From the IMG/VR virus record IMGVR_UViG_3300045988_177924: a stretch of 64,000 bases of DNA; one strand, 5' to 3'. The notes under the pieces were generated by a model. The model made no database searches. It was not told the origin of the DNA and worked only from the letters and a program-made list of their open reading frames with translations. Of the stretch, positions 17,850 to 26,482 are shown in pieces. A program made the translations under genes and the position numbers. This stretch comes from a virus. The stretch's first letter is position 1, and each line of letters opens with the position of its first letter.

Positions 17850-19547
17850 ATGTCAATGGATTTTGGTAAATTAAATTTTGCTGTTGGCTTTAATAGGACT
17901 TCTGCTTTCCCACTGGATGCTAATAGCTATTTTGAGAATTATAATGACGCCGTCACTGCTGCTGCGGGTGCCGCAGAAGTAGGCAGTGCAGATAGTGCAT
18001 ATTATATTGGTCAATTATTGATCGTTAAGGATACCACCGAAGGTGTTGGTCTTTATCAAATCAATGCAGGTAAAACCCTTACGAAGTTTGGTCAGGCTTC
18101 TAGCGCAGACGAACTTGCAGGCAAAATTAGTGCACTTGAAGCACGTTGCGCGGTAATCGAAGGTAAACTCATTCTTGCGACAACGGAAAAAGATGGTTTC
18201 CTGTCGAAAGAAGACAAAGCAAAACTTGACGGTATTGCCGCTGGCGCACAAGTTAACGTTCTTGAAGGTGTTAAGGTCGACGGCGTTGATGTTGAAATAG
18301 TCGACAAAAAAGTAAACATTGATTTAAGTCCCTATGCTAAGACTACGGAAGTTGAGGCTGTGCAAGCTATTGCAGACGCCGCAATGCCTAAAGCAGGTGG
18401 TGCTTTCACTGGCGCTATAACAATTCAAGCTCCGGCGGAAGATATGAACCCCGCAACGAAGAAATACGTTGATGATGCTATTAGCGGTATAACCGAATTT
18501 GAATTCAGCGTTGTTAATGCACTTCCTCAGACTGGCGAAAAGGGTATTATATATCTTGTAGCGCATGCACACGGAACGGGCGACATATATGATGAATATA
18601 TCTGGGTAACCGATAAGTTTGAAAAGATTGGTAATACAGATATTGACTTGTCTTCTTATGTAACTGATGACGAACTTACAGCAGAAATCAGTAAGCTGAC
18701 TCTTGCACAAGTAGCTATTGGGGCTGGTAAAACACTCAAAACTATTAAACAAGAAAATGGTAAGGTTACAGTTGAACTTCAAGATATTGCAATTACTCAA
18801 GCTCAGGTTGAAGGGTTAGCGGACGCATTAGCAGGCAAACAGGCTGCTAACGCAAATCTCGATAAGTTAAACGCTATAACTGGTACTGGTCTTGTTAAGA
18901 AAACTGCTGACGGTTACGAAGTCGACAATTCTGCATACATTACTGGGGCAGCTCTTGATGGTTATGCTAAATCAGCAGATGTCACGAGTGAAATCGGCAC
19001 AGCGGTTAGCGGAGTAAAGGCTGAACTCGAAGGCGAGATTAATAAAAAACAATCTATTATCGACGCTGACCACAAATTGAGTGGTGCATTGATTGAAGGA
19101 GCCGTAGCGAACGCGGGTGTTGCTGATTCGGTTAAAAACATTTTAACGGCCGGTGGTAAAACTTATAACGGCTCTGAAGCTGTTGAAATTACTGCTGCTG
19201 ATCTTGGCGCACTGACCGAGATCCCCCAAGCCACAACTGATGCTCTTGGTGGTATCAAACTTGGACACACGGAAGGCGGAAACGAACACGCGGTTGTGTT
19301 GGACGCAGAAGGGAAAGCTTATGTTACGGTTCCCGTACCTGAACCCCTTACGTATAACGTCCTTGTTAACGGTGGTCTTGCCATCAATGAGCAACGCGAG
19401 TTCTCAATTGCTCCCGGTGGCGTGTTGACGGCGATGATTGGGGATGGTCAAGTGACTGACGCAAAAATTAGTGCGTTGAATGTGAACAAGCTTGTCCAGA
19501 CGGACGGAGATGAGCTCATTCTTAATGGCGGCACCGCAAACGCTTAA
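17850..19547 (+). CDS. tail fibre protein (565 aa)
   Basis: GGGAGG RBS. Ala/Gly/Thr-rich shaft. Shares the module AMPKAGGAFTGA.T.QAP...MNPATK.YVD...NTDIDLS.YV with the next gene. Confidence 0.6.
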   Translation: MSMDFGKLNFAVGFNRTSAFPLDANSYFENYNDAVTAAAGAAEVGSADSAYYIGQLLIVKDTTEGVGLYQINAGKTLTKFGQASSADELAGKISALEARCAVIEGKLILATTEKDGFLSKEDKAKLDGIAAGAQVNVLEGVKVDGVDVEIVDKKVNIDLSPYAKTTEVEAVQAIADAAMPKAGGAFTGAITIQAPAEDMNPATKKYVDDAISGITEFEFSVVNALPQTGEKGIIYLVAHAHGTGDIYDEYIWVTDKFEKIGNTDIDLSSYVTDDELTAEISKLTLAQVAIGAGKTLKTIKQENGKVTVELQDIAITQAQVEGLADALAGKQAANANLDKLNAITGTGLVKKTADGYEVDNSAYITGAALDGYAKSADVTSEIGTAVSGVKAELEGEINKKQSIIDADHKLSGALIEGAVANAGVADSVKNILTAGGKTYNGSEAVEITAADLGALTEIPQATTDALGGIKLGHTEGGNEHAVVLDAEGKAYVTVPVPEPLTYNVLVNGGLAINEQREFSIAPGGVLTAMIGDGQVTDAKISALNVNKLVQTDGDELILNGGTANA

Positions 19548-19568
19548 TAATTTGGAGGAATAAAAACA

Positions 19569-21260
19569 ATGGCAACTACTACACTTAATACAAGAATTGC
19601 TTTAAAATATGATACTTTAACCAATTGGAACGCTTCCGAATTCATCCTGAAAAAGGGTGAGGTCGCAATTTGTTCATTGGCGAATAGTGAGACTGCCGAA
19701 CAATCCACGCCTCCTGCGGTATTGTTCAAGGTGGGCGATGGTGTTCACAAATTTAGAGAGCTTCCGTGGGCGAGCGGTCTTGCTGCCGATGTTTATGGAT
19801 GGGCCAAAGCGGCGACCAAACCATCCTACACCCCAGGTGAAGTTGGTGCCGATAGTGCTGGTTCAGCGGCTAGTGCATTAGCCAGCGCTAAAGCTTACAC
19901 AGATCAACAAATTGGGGCTCTTCCAGCACAAGCTGAATACATGCTTGAAACCGGAGCTGCTGATGGCTCGCTTGTTCTGAAAAAGGACGGTGTCGCAGTT
20001 GGTGATGCTGCTGTTGTTAAAGGCTGGGCTACGCTGCTTGCCAAAGCTCAGAAAGGTGTCGATGACGCTGCTGCTGCCGCAGCTGCTGCACAAGCTGCAC
20101 AATCTACAGCAGACGGTAAATATTCAAAACCTAAGGACGGCATTCCTAAAACAGATTTAGCACAAGCTGTTCAAACCTCTTTAGGTAAAGCTGACACTGC
20201 TCTTCAGAATCACCAGACAGTTACTCTTGAGTCTGGTACTAACAACGGTACAGTAAAGATTACCGTTAATGGCACTGCTACTGACAATGTTGCTGTTAAA
20301 GGTCTTAAGAGCGCGGCTTATACCGAAAGTTCTGCTTATGCAACTGCGGCACAAGGCACGAAAGCTGACAATGCAATGCCCAAGGCTGGTGGCGCGTTTA
20401 CAGGTGCTGTAACGGTTCAAGCGCCTACGGCAGAAATGAACCCTGCAACCAAACAGTATGTTGATACCGCAATAAATGCTGTTAAACAATTTGAATATCA
20501 AGTTGTTACTGAGCTACCCACTGCTGCACAAGCAACAATGGGCAAGATTTATCTTAAGGCTCATTCGCACAATCCGAGCGACGGACAGCCTGATAGTTAC
20601 GATGAATTCATCACAGTTCAGTCTGGGTCAACTTATAAGTGGGAGCGTATCGGCAATACAGACATTGACCTTTCTGGATATGTTCCTACAACAAGAAAAA
20701 TCAACAACAAAGCACTTTCAAGTGACATTAACTTGAGTGCTGCTGATGTTGGCGTTAATGAAACAGCATTTCCTGGCTTGAACAAAACTGGTACTGTTAC
20801 TGCTGTTAAGATGAACGGCACAACAAAGAATCCAGCTTCTGGTGTTGTTGACCTTGGTACTGTTATCACCGCTCACCAAGATATTTCGGGTAAACAAGAT
20901 AAGTTGACCGCTGAACAACTTAATGCAGTCAACTCTGGTATTACCGAAGCAAAAGTTAGCACGTATGACGGTTATGCAACCACTATTGCTGGCAAACAAG
21001 ATAAACTTTCGACTGCACAACTCGGCGCCGTTAACTCTGGTATCACTGCAGCAAAAGTTGGCACTTATGATGGTTATGCAGATAAGATTACTGCTCTTGA
21101 AGGCAAACCTGGTCTAGATAAAGTTGGTACCGTTACTAATGTTAGCGCCGGAGTTGGTTTGAAAGTGACTGGCACCGCTACTGTTGCTCCGAAAGTCGAA
21201 ATTGACGATTCGGTAGTGTTCGTGTTTGACTGTGGTTCAGCTACGGTAAATATCGACTAA
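19569..21260 (+). CDS. tail fibre protein with Mtd/HylP-type N-terminal domain (563 aa)
   Basis: N-terminus KYDTLTNWNASEFILKKGEVAI...VLFKVGDGVHKFRELPWA. Modules are shared with 17850, 21383 and 24320. Confidence 0.6.
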   Translation: MATTTLNTRIALKYDTLTNWNASEFILKKGEVAICSLANSETAEQSTPPAVLFKVGDGVHKFRELPWASGLAADVYGWAKAATKPSYTPGEVGADSAGSAASALASAKAYTDQQIGALPAQAEYMLETGAADGSLVLKKDGVAVGDAAVVKGWATLLAKAQKGVDDAAAAAAAAQAAQSTADGKYSKPKDGIPKTDLAQAVQTSLGKADTALQNHQTVTLESGTNNGTVKITVNGTATDNVAVKGLKSAAYTESSAYATAAQGTKADNAMPKAGGAFTGAVTVQAPTAEMNPATKQYVDTAINAVKQFEYQVVTELPTAAQATMGKIYLKAHSHNPSDGQPDSYDEFITVQSGSTYKWERIGNTDIDLSGYVPTTRKINNKALSSDINLSAADVGVNETAFPGLNKTGTVTAVKMNGTTKNPASGVVDLGTVITAHQDISGKQDKLTAEQLNAVNSGITEAKVSTYDGYATTIAGKQDKLSTAQLGAVNSGITAAKVGTYDGYADKITALEGKPGLDKVGTVTNVSAGVGLKVTGTATVAPKVEIDDSVVFVFDCGSATVNID

Positions 21261-21276
21261 TTTTTTCTAAATTCAA

Positions 21277-21612
21277 AAACTTAAATAATCGACGGGGGTG
21301 TAGCAACCCCCGTCGAGCTTTGAGTGAAATCGATCTCAAAGCTCTGTTTCGGCTTAATTTGAAATTGATAAAGGAGGCCCAAATGGCTACTGAAAAAAAA
21401 ATAAATTCACGAATTCAACAAAAACATGACGTCGCTGCCAATTGGGCAAAAGCGACAAACTTTATTCCTCAAAAAGGGGAAATTATTATATATGACGCAG
21501 AATACAATGCAAGTGGAAGTGAAACCCAGGCTGTTAGATTTAAAATCGGTGATGGCACTAGAACGGTTAATAATCTCCCATTTGCTGTTATAGATTATAA
21601 CAATAGAATCAC
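21277..21612 (+). repeat. fibre-cassette leader, copy 1 (two hairpins + RBS + first ~75 codons)
   Basis: About 80% identical by eye to 24214..24550. The similarity covers the non-coding hairpins as well as the coding N-terminus. Confidence 0.75.
21290..21343 (+). terminator. tandem hairpins (terminator-like) upstream of fibre cassette 1
   Basis: cgacggggg-tgtagcaa-cccccgtcg (21290-21315), then agctttgag-(10 nt)-ctcaaagct (21316-21343). Only a weak U tract (ctgtttc) follows. Confidence 0.4.
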
Positions 21613-22072
21613 TGCTCTTGAGAGCAAGCCTGGTTTAGACAAGGTTGGTACTGTCACATCGGTGAAAGCCAATGGAACAAATTTTAACCCTGACGCAACA
21701 GGTAAAGTTGATTTAGGGAACTTGGGTGGCGGTTCGGGACCTCTCACATTCGCTGATGTCGTTGTTATGACAGAGGCTGAATTTTCTGAAGCGTATCTGG
21801 CTGGCACTTTACAAGATGATAAATTATATTTAATTGAAGGCGAAACAGGAACGGTAAATTTTGTTTCTACCGCTGACCATATAGTTTATAATAATGCTAA
21901 TTCAGGGCTCACAGCGACGAATTTACAGAGTGCTGTTGATGAAATGTGCCAAAGATTACTAACAACTGCACAATTAAATAAACTGATTGCTTTATTAGAC
22001 AAACTCACTGTTGCTAATGATTCCGTTACCTTTAATACAATAGTTAAAGCAACAACCTTTGATGTTCAGTAA
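21383..22072 (+). CDS. short tail fibre protein with Mtd/HylP-type N-terminal domain (229 aa)
   Basis: ATG 21383 follows AAAGGAGG. MATEKKINSRIQQKHDVAANWAKATNFIPQKGEIIIYD...VRFKIGDGTRTVNNLPFA. The track start at 21320 lies inside the hairpin. Confidence 0.6.
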   Translation: MATEKKINSRIQQKHDVAANWAKATNFIPQKGEIIIYDAEYNASGSETQAVRFKIGDGTRTVNNLPFAVIDYNNRITALESKPGLDKVGTVTSVKANGTNFNPDATGKVDLGNLGGGSGPLTFADVVVMTEAEFSEAYLAGTLQDDKLYLIEGETGTVNFVSTADHIVYNNANSGLTATNLQSAVDEMCQRLLTTAQLNKLIALLDKLTVANDSVTFNTIVKATTFDVQ

Positions 22073-22083
22073 TGAGGTGAGTT

Positions 22084-24189
22084 ATGCCTATTTATATTTA
22101 TAAAGGGAATAGTCAAATTAGCACAAATGCTGTAAGAAATGATAAAGTAGTTAAAGCAATTTACGCCAAAGAACAAGGACAAGAAGCTGTGTGTGTATGG
22201 GGTGGTGGCGTAAATCTTTTGCCTTTTGCGTACACTAAAGATGCTACTTCGGTAACGATTACTGGATTAAGGACCGGTCTTACCTGGGAGCACTTAACCA
22301 TTCCTGAAAGAGTTGAAAATTTACCAGTTACTCAAATAACATCAAACGCATTTAAGGATAGCACAACACTTCAATCAATTGAATTGCCCAATTCCTTAAT
22401 TAGTATTGGTAATGATGCTTTCAATGGCTGTACCGGGCTTACGAGCATCACAATCCCCGACAGTGTCACAAGCATAGGCTCTGATGCCTTCCGTGGTTGC
22501 ACAGGTCTTACTAATATAATAATCCCTAATGGTGTGACGTATATCAGCGCTGCCTTTAGAGATTGTGCATCGCTTGAAAGCATAACGATTCCGTTTGTTG
22601 GCGCCTATGACCCAGAGGGGTTTGGATACGATGAGGTGTTTGGCTATATATTTGGATATACTACGACAAGCAGTGAGTCCTCGGTACCAGGAGCGACTTA
22701 TCAATATTATTATGGTGGTTCTTCCAGGTATTTTTATTACTACATACCATCAAGCATAAAGTCCGTAATTATAAGAGGGGGAAACATTCCATCCTGTGCT
22801 TTCAAAAATTGCACCGAACTCACAAGCATAACAATCCCTGACAGCGTCACAAATATTGGCGATGATGCCTTCTCGGGTTGTACTAGTTTGACAAGCATAA
22901 CGATTCCCGACAGCGTGACGAGCATCAGCTCTAATGCCTTCGCGGGTTGCACGGGGCTTACGAGCATTACAATTCCTGATAGCGTAACGAGCATAGACCG
23001 CAATGCCTTCGATAATACAGCATGGTACAACAATCAGCCTGACGGTCTTGTATATGTGGGTAAATTCGCTTATAAGTACAAAGGCGAGATGTCAAGTGAT
23101 ACCTCGATTGTTTTAAAAGAAGGAACATTAGGTATTAGTAATTATGCCCTTAGTGATTACAGAGGTCTTACGAGCGTTACAATCCCTGACAGCGTGACGA
23201 ACATTGGTGATTCTGCCTTTTGGGCTTGCTCTAATCTTACGAGCGTAACAATAGGCAACAGTGTGACAAGCATCGGCGATGATGCCTTCTCCGGTTGCAC
23301 CAGGCTTACGAGCATAACAATCCCCGACAGCGTGATGAGTATCGGCGATGATGCCTTCTATGGCACTACTTGGTACAACAATCAACCTGATGGACTTGTG
23401 TACGCAGGTAAAGTCGCTTATAAGTATAAAGGAACTATGCCAAGCAACACCTCGATTGTATTAAACGAAGGAACATTGGGCATTGCCGATTTGGCCTTCT
23501 ATGGTTGCAGCAGCTTGACGAGCATAACTATCCCAAACAGCGTGACGAGCATCGGCGAGCGTGCCTTCGATGGTTGCACCGGACTTACGAGTGTGACAAT
23601 CGGAAATAGCGTGACGAGCATCGACGATGAGGCTTTCCGTAATTGCAGTGGTTTAACAAGCATCACAATCCCCGACAGCGTGACGAGCATCGGCGTTCAG
23701 GCCTTCTCTGATTGCACAGGGCTTACAAGTGTGACAATAGGCAACGGTGTGAAGAGTATAGACTATTGGGCCTTTCTTCGTTGCACGGGGCTTACGAGTA
23801 TCACGATCCCTGATAGTGTGACGAGTCTTGGCAAGCAGGTTTTCCAGGATTGTGCTGGGCTTACGAGCGTGACAATTGGAAACGGCGTTACGCGCATCAG
23901 AAGGTATGCCTTCGATGGTTGTACAAGTTTGACCAATATAACGATTCCTGACGGTGTGACGAGCATCGACGTTGCCGCCTTCTGTGATTGTACTAGTTTG
24001 ACACACATAACGATTCCAAACAGCGTGACGCGCATTGGCGGAATAGTCTGCCGTAACTGCACTGGTCTTACAAACATTATATTTAAGGGTACAAAAGCAC
24101 AATGGAATGCAATAACAAAGAGCACTTCGTGGAACTCCAACACAGGTAATTATACGATCCATTGTACAGATGGAGATATACCGAAATAA
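22084..24189 (+). CDS. BspA-type leucine-rich-repeat protein (701 aa)
   Basis: About 20 tandem ~23-aa units of the form LTSITIPDSVTSIGDDAFSGCTS, the hallmark of BspA/LRR_5 repeats. Ends with the typical ..F.GTKAQWNAI.. tail. No signal peptide seen. Confidence 0.8.
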   Translation: MPIYIYKGNSQISTNAVRNDKVVKAIYAKEQGQEAVCVWGGGVNLLPFAYTKDATSVTITGLRTGLTWEHLTIPERVENLPVTQITSNAFKDSTTLQSIELPNSLISIGNDAFNGCTGLTSITIPDSVTSIGSDAFRGCTGLTNIIIPNGVTYISAAFRDCASLESITIPFVGAYDPEGFGYDEVFGYIFGYTTTSSESSVPGATYQYYYGGSSRYFYYYIPSSIKSVIIRGGNIPSCAFKNCTELTSITIPDSVTNIGDDAFSGCTSLTSITIPDSVTSISSNAFAGCTGLTSITIPDSVTSIDRNAFDNTAWYNNQPDGLVYVGKFAYKYKGEMSSDTSIVLKEGTLGISNYALSDYRGLTSVTIPDSVTNIGDSAFWACSNLTSVTIGNSVTSIGDDAFSGCTRLTSITIPDSVMSIGDDAFYGTTWYNNQPDGLVYAGKVAYKYKGTMPSNTSIVLNEGTLGIADLAFYGCSSLTSITIPNSVTSIGERAFDGCTGLTSVTIGNSVTSIDDEAFRNCSGLTSITIPDSVTSIGVQAFSDCTGLTSVTIGNGVKSIDYWAFLRCTGLTSITIPDSVTSLGKQVFQDCAGLTSVTIGNGVTRIRRYAFDGCTSLTNITIPDGVTSIDVAAFCDCTSLTHITIPNSVTRIGGIVCRNCTGLTNIIFKGTKAQWNAITKSTSWNSNTGNYTIHCTDGDIPK

Positions 24190-24213
24190 TGATTAACATC
24201 AATAAATACACAT

Positions 24214-24550
24214 AAACTTAAATAATAGACGGGGGTGTGGCAACCCCGTCGAGCTTTAAGTGAAAACGATCTTAAAGCTTTTATTTTCGGCTTAATTTGA
24301 AAACGATAAGGAGGCCCGAATGGCTGCTGAAAAAAAAATAACTTCTAGAATACAACAAAAGCACGACACTGCTGCCAACTGGGCAAACGCAACGACTTTT
24401 ATTCCCAAAAAGGGAGAAATTGTGATATATGATGCGGAATATAACACCAGCGGAGTCCAGACACAAGCAGTGCGTTTTAAAATTGGCGACGGTTCGAGAA
24501 CGATCAACAATCTCCCGTTTGCCCTAATAGATTATGACAATAGAATTACT
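24214..24550 (+). repeat. fibre-cassette leader, copy 2
   Basis: Direct repeat of 21277..21612 with the same hairpin/RBS/N-terminus order. Confidence 0.75.
24228..24288 (+). terminator. tandem hairpins, the second a good rho-independent terminator
   Basis: gacggggg-tgtggcaa-ccccgtc (24228-24250), then agctttaag-(10 nt)-cttaaagct (24252-24279) followed by tttattttc. Confidence 0.6.
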
Positions 24551-25702
24551 AGTCTCGAAAGCACGGTCAATGGACTAGGCACTGCTGCTCAAAAAGACGT
24601 AGGGTTCTTTGCTACCGCAGCACAAGGCACAAAAGCAGACAACGCTGTACCCAACACAAGAAAAGTTAATAATAAAGCTCTAAGTACAGACATTAAACTA
24701 GAACCAAGCGATGTGGGTGTCACAGAATCCGCGTTCCCTGGTTTGAATAAAACTGGTACTATTACTGAAATTAAGATGAACGGTGCAAGCAAGGGTACTA
24801 GCGGTGTTGTTGATTTGGGAACTGTTTTAACATCCTCTGACAATCTTGCAAAACTTGATACTGAAAACACCTTTACCGCTAAACAGACAATAAATTCTGG
24901 TTATGGCACTGTCAGCTTAAAAACACAGGGATATGTGGAAATAAACGCATCCTGGTTAAGCGGAAACTTGGGGGGTTTGTTAGGCATAAAACGTGACGAT
25001 ACAAGTGGTAGAATATATGCCGTCGCTACGAAGAACTTAGGGCTTGTTAGCGCTATCAGGATTAATAATTCTACCAAACAACCCGATGGCGACTGCGTTG
25101 TCGACCTTGGAACTGTTTTAACTACTCATCAAACTATTAAAACACTAAAAACAAATAACGATACAGCACAAGAAGTAAGTGCAAGTGAAGCTATTTCAGG
25201 GTCAGGAACAATAAATCTACACAAAGTTGCAAAAACTGGCAATTATAATGATTTATCTAATAGGCCAACGATTCCAACAGATACTGGTGCCACGAGTGTA
25301 GAAGTGACTGGAACAGGTAATGCTGTTACTGCGGCGTCTTACAACGCTACAAACAGAAAATTAACCTTAACAAAAGGTTCAACATTTCTCACAAGTCATC
25401 AAGATATAAGTGGAAAGGCAAACCTTGCTGGAAATAACACGTTCACAGGAGGGCAAACAATAACAGGGCAAACTTCTGGCGGATATTCGGTAGACGCAAG
25501 CGGATATGTAAGAGGCAGTTGGTTGCAATCAAGTGTTAAGTCAAATTATGGTAGGGGAACTGGAATGGTTTGTGTATTTGACAGCTCAGGCTGGATATAT
25601 TACAGGACACCGAGCGAGATTTTGACCGAAGCTGGCGGTGCCAAGGCAAGCGATATACCCACCTTCGAACTTTCGGGAGACACGTTAATTATCAACTTCT
25701 AA
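24320..25702 (+). CDS. tail fibre protein with Mtd/HylP-type N-terminal domain (460 aa)
   Basis: AAGGAGG RBS. MAAEKKITSRIQQKHDTAANWANATTFIPKKGEIVIYD...VRFKIGDGSRTINNLPFA. Shares the module NNKALS.DI.L...DVGV.E.AFPGLNKTGT.T..KMNG....SGVVDLGTV with 19569. Confidence 0.6.
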   Translation: MAAEKKITSRIQQKHDTAANWANATTFIPKKGEIVIYDAEYNTSGVQTQAVRFKIGDGSRTINNLPFALIDYDNRITSLESTVNGLGTAAQKDVGFFATAAQGTKADNAVPNTRKVNNKALSTDIKLEPSDVGVTESAFPGLNKTGTITEIKMNGASKGTSGVVDLGTVLTSSDNLAKLDTENTFTAKQTINSGYGTVSLKTQGYVEINASWLSGNLGGLLGIKRDDTSGRIYAVATKNLGLVSAIRINNSTKQPDGDCVVDLGTVLTTHQTIKTLKTNNDTAQEVSASEAISGSGTINLHKVAKTGNYNDLSNRPTIPTDTGATSVEVTGTGNAVTAASYNATNRKLTLTKGSTFLTSHQDISGKANLAGNNTFTGGQTITGQTSGGYSVDASGYVRGSWLQSSVKSNYGRGTGMVCVFDSSGWIYYRTPSEILTEAGGAKASDIPTFELSGDTLIINF

Positions 25703-25750
25703 GGTAACATAGTACACAAGGTAATACACAAGGAAAACAAGGAGAAACGA

Positions 25751-26482
25751 ATGGAAGCAAAATTCCTCAAACGGTTAAGTGATTATAAGTACGCTCTCGT
25801 ATGCGATTTGGCGCAATACGAGAGCGGCTTTGCTCTTTTAGATGTATCAACAAATGCCCTCATAGAGGTGCAACAGATATCCGTATCTCGAACGACAGAT
25901 CAGCCTACCGGTGAAATGTATCAAATGTTCGACGAGATGGTCAATGACTTCTTGGATAGGTACAATCTTCAGGCAGAAGATTTAATTATTATTAAAGAAC
26001 AACTGCCTATTAACTGCGGACCACACTCAACGGCTCAAACATTACAGGCCCTTGCGGCGGCACACGCAGTTTTCAATATCAACACTTATTTAAGAAAACT
26101 CTATACTTATTCCAACGGTATTCATTCGATTTCTGTGAAGACATATTTCAAGAAACTTCTAGGGATTGAGAAACCGCAAAAAGACGACATCCGTGCGGCG
26201 GTATGTAAATATTACGACATCGATCCCGAATCGATTACGCGCGACGAATCAGACGCCATCGCACTTTGGTTCTGTCTTCGAGGTGCCAAATGGAATAAAG
26301 ATATAGACGACCAAATTAAACTTGAAAAAAAACATCGCAAAACTTTGACAGCAAATCATGCCATCAAAGATGTCGATAATGAAATAGAAAGATTGGAGGG
26401 ACTCAAATGGGACGAACAACAGTTTACAACGCAAATCTCACTCAAGCTTGGCCTTCAGTCAGTAAGCCAAACAGACAATTAG
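25751..26482 (+). CDS. RuvC-like Holliday junction resolvase (243 aa)
   Basis: The acidic catalytic positions line up with RuvC: ALVCDLAQYESGFALLDV (first Asp strand), LIIIKEQLP (Glu), DESDAIALWFC (terminal D..D, cf. RuvC ADAADALAIA). Confidence 0.65.
   Translation: MEAKFLKRLSDYKYALVCDLAQYESGFALLDVSTNALIEVQQISVSRTTDQPTGEMYQMFDEMVNDFLDRYNLQAEDLIIIKEQLPINCGPHSTAQTLQALAAAHAVFNINTYLRKLYTYSNGIHSISVKTYFKKLLGIEKPQKDDIRAAVCKYYDIDPESITRDESDAIALWFCLRGAKWNKDIDDQIKLEKKHRKTLTANHAIKDVDNEIERLEGLKWDEQQFTTQISLKLGLQSVSQTDN

Noticed and set aside
22300-24100. CRISPR-like or satellite repeat array
   Set aside because: The ~69-nt periodicity is in frame and encodes BspA-type LRR units. Likewise, the 123-nt repeats at 59264-59632 encode propeller blades. 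There is no repeat-spacer architecture anywhere in the window.
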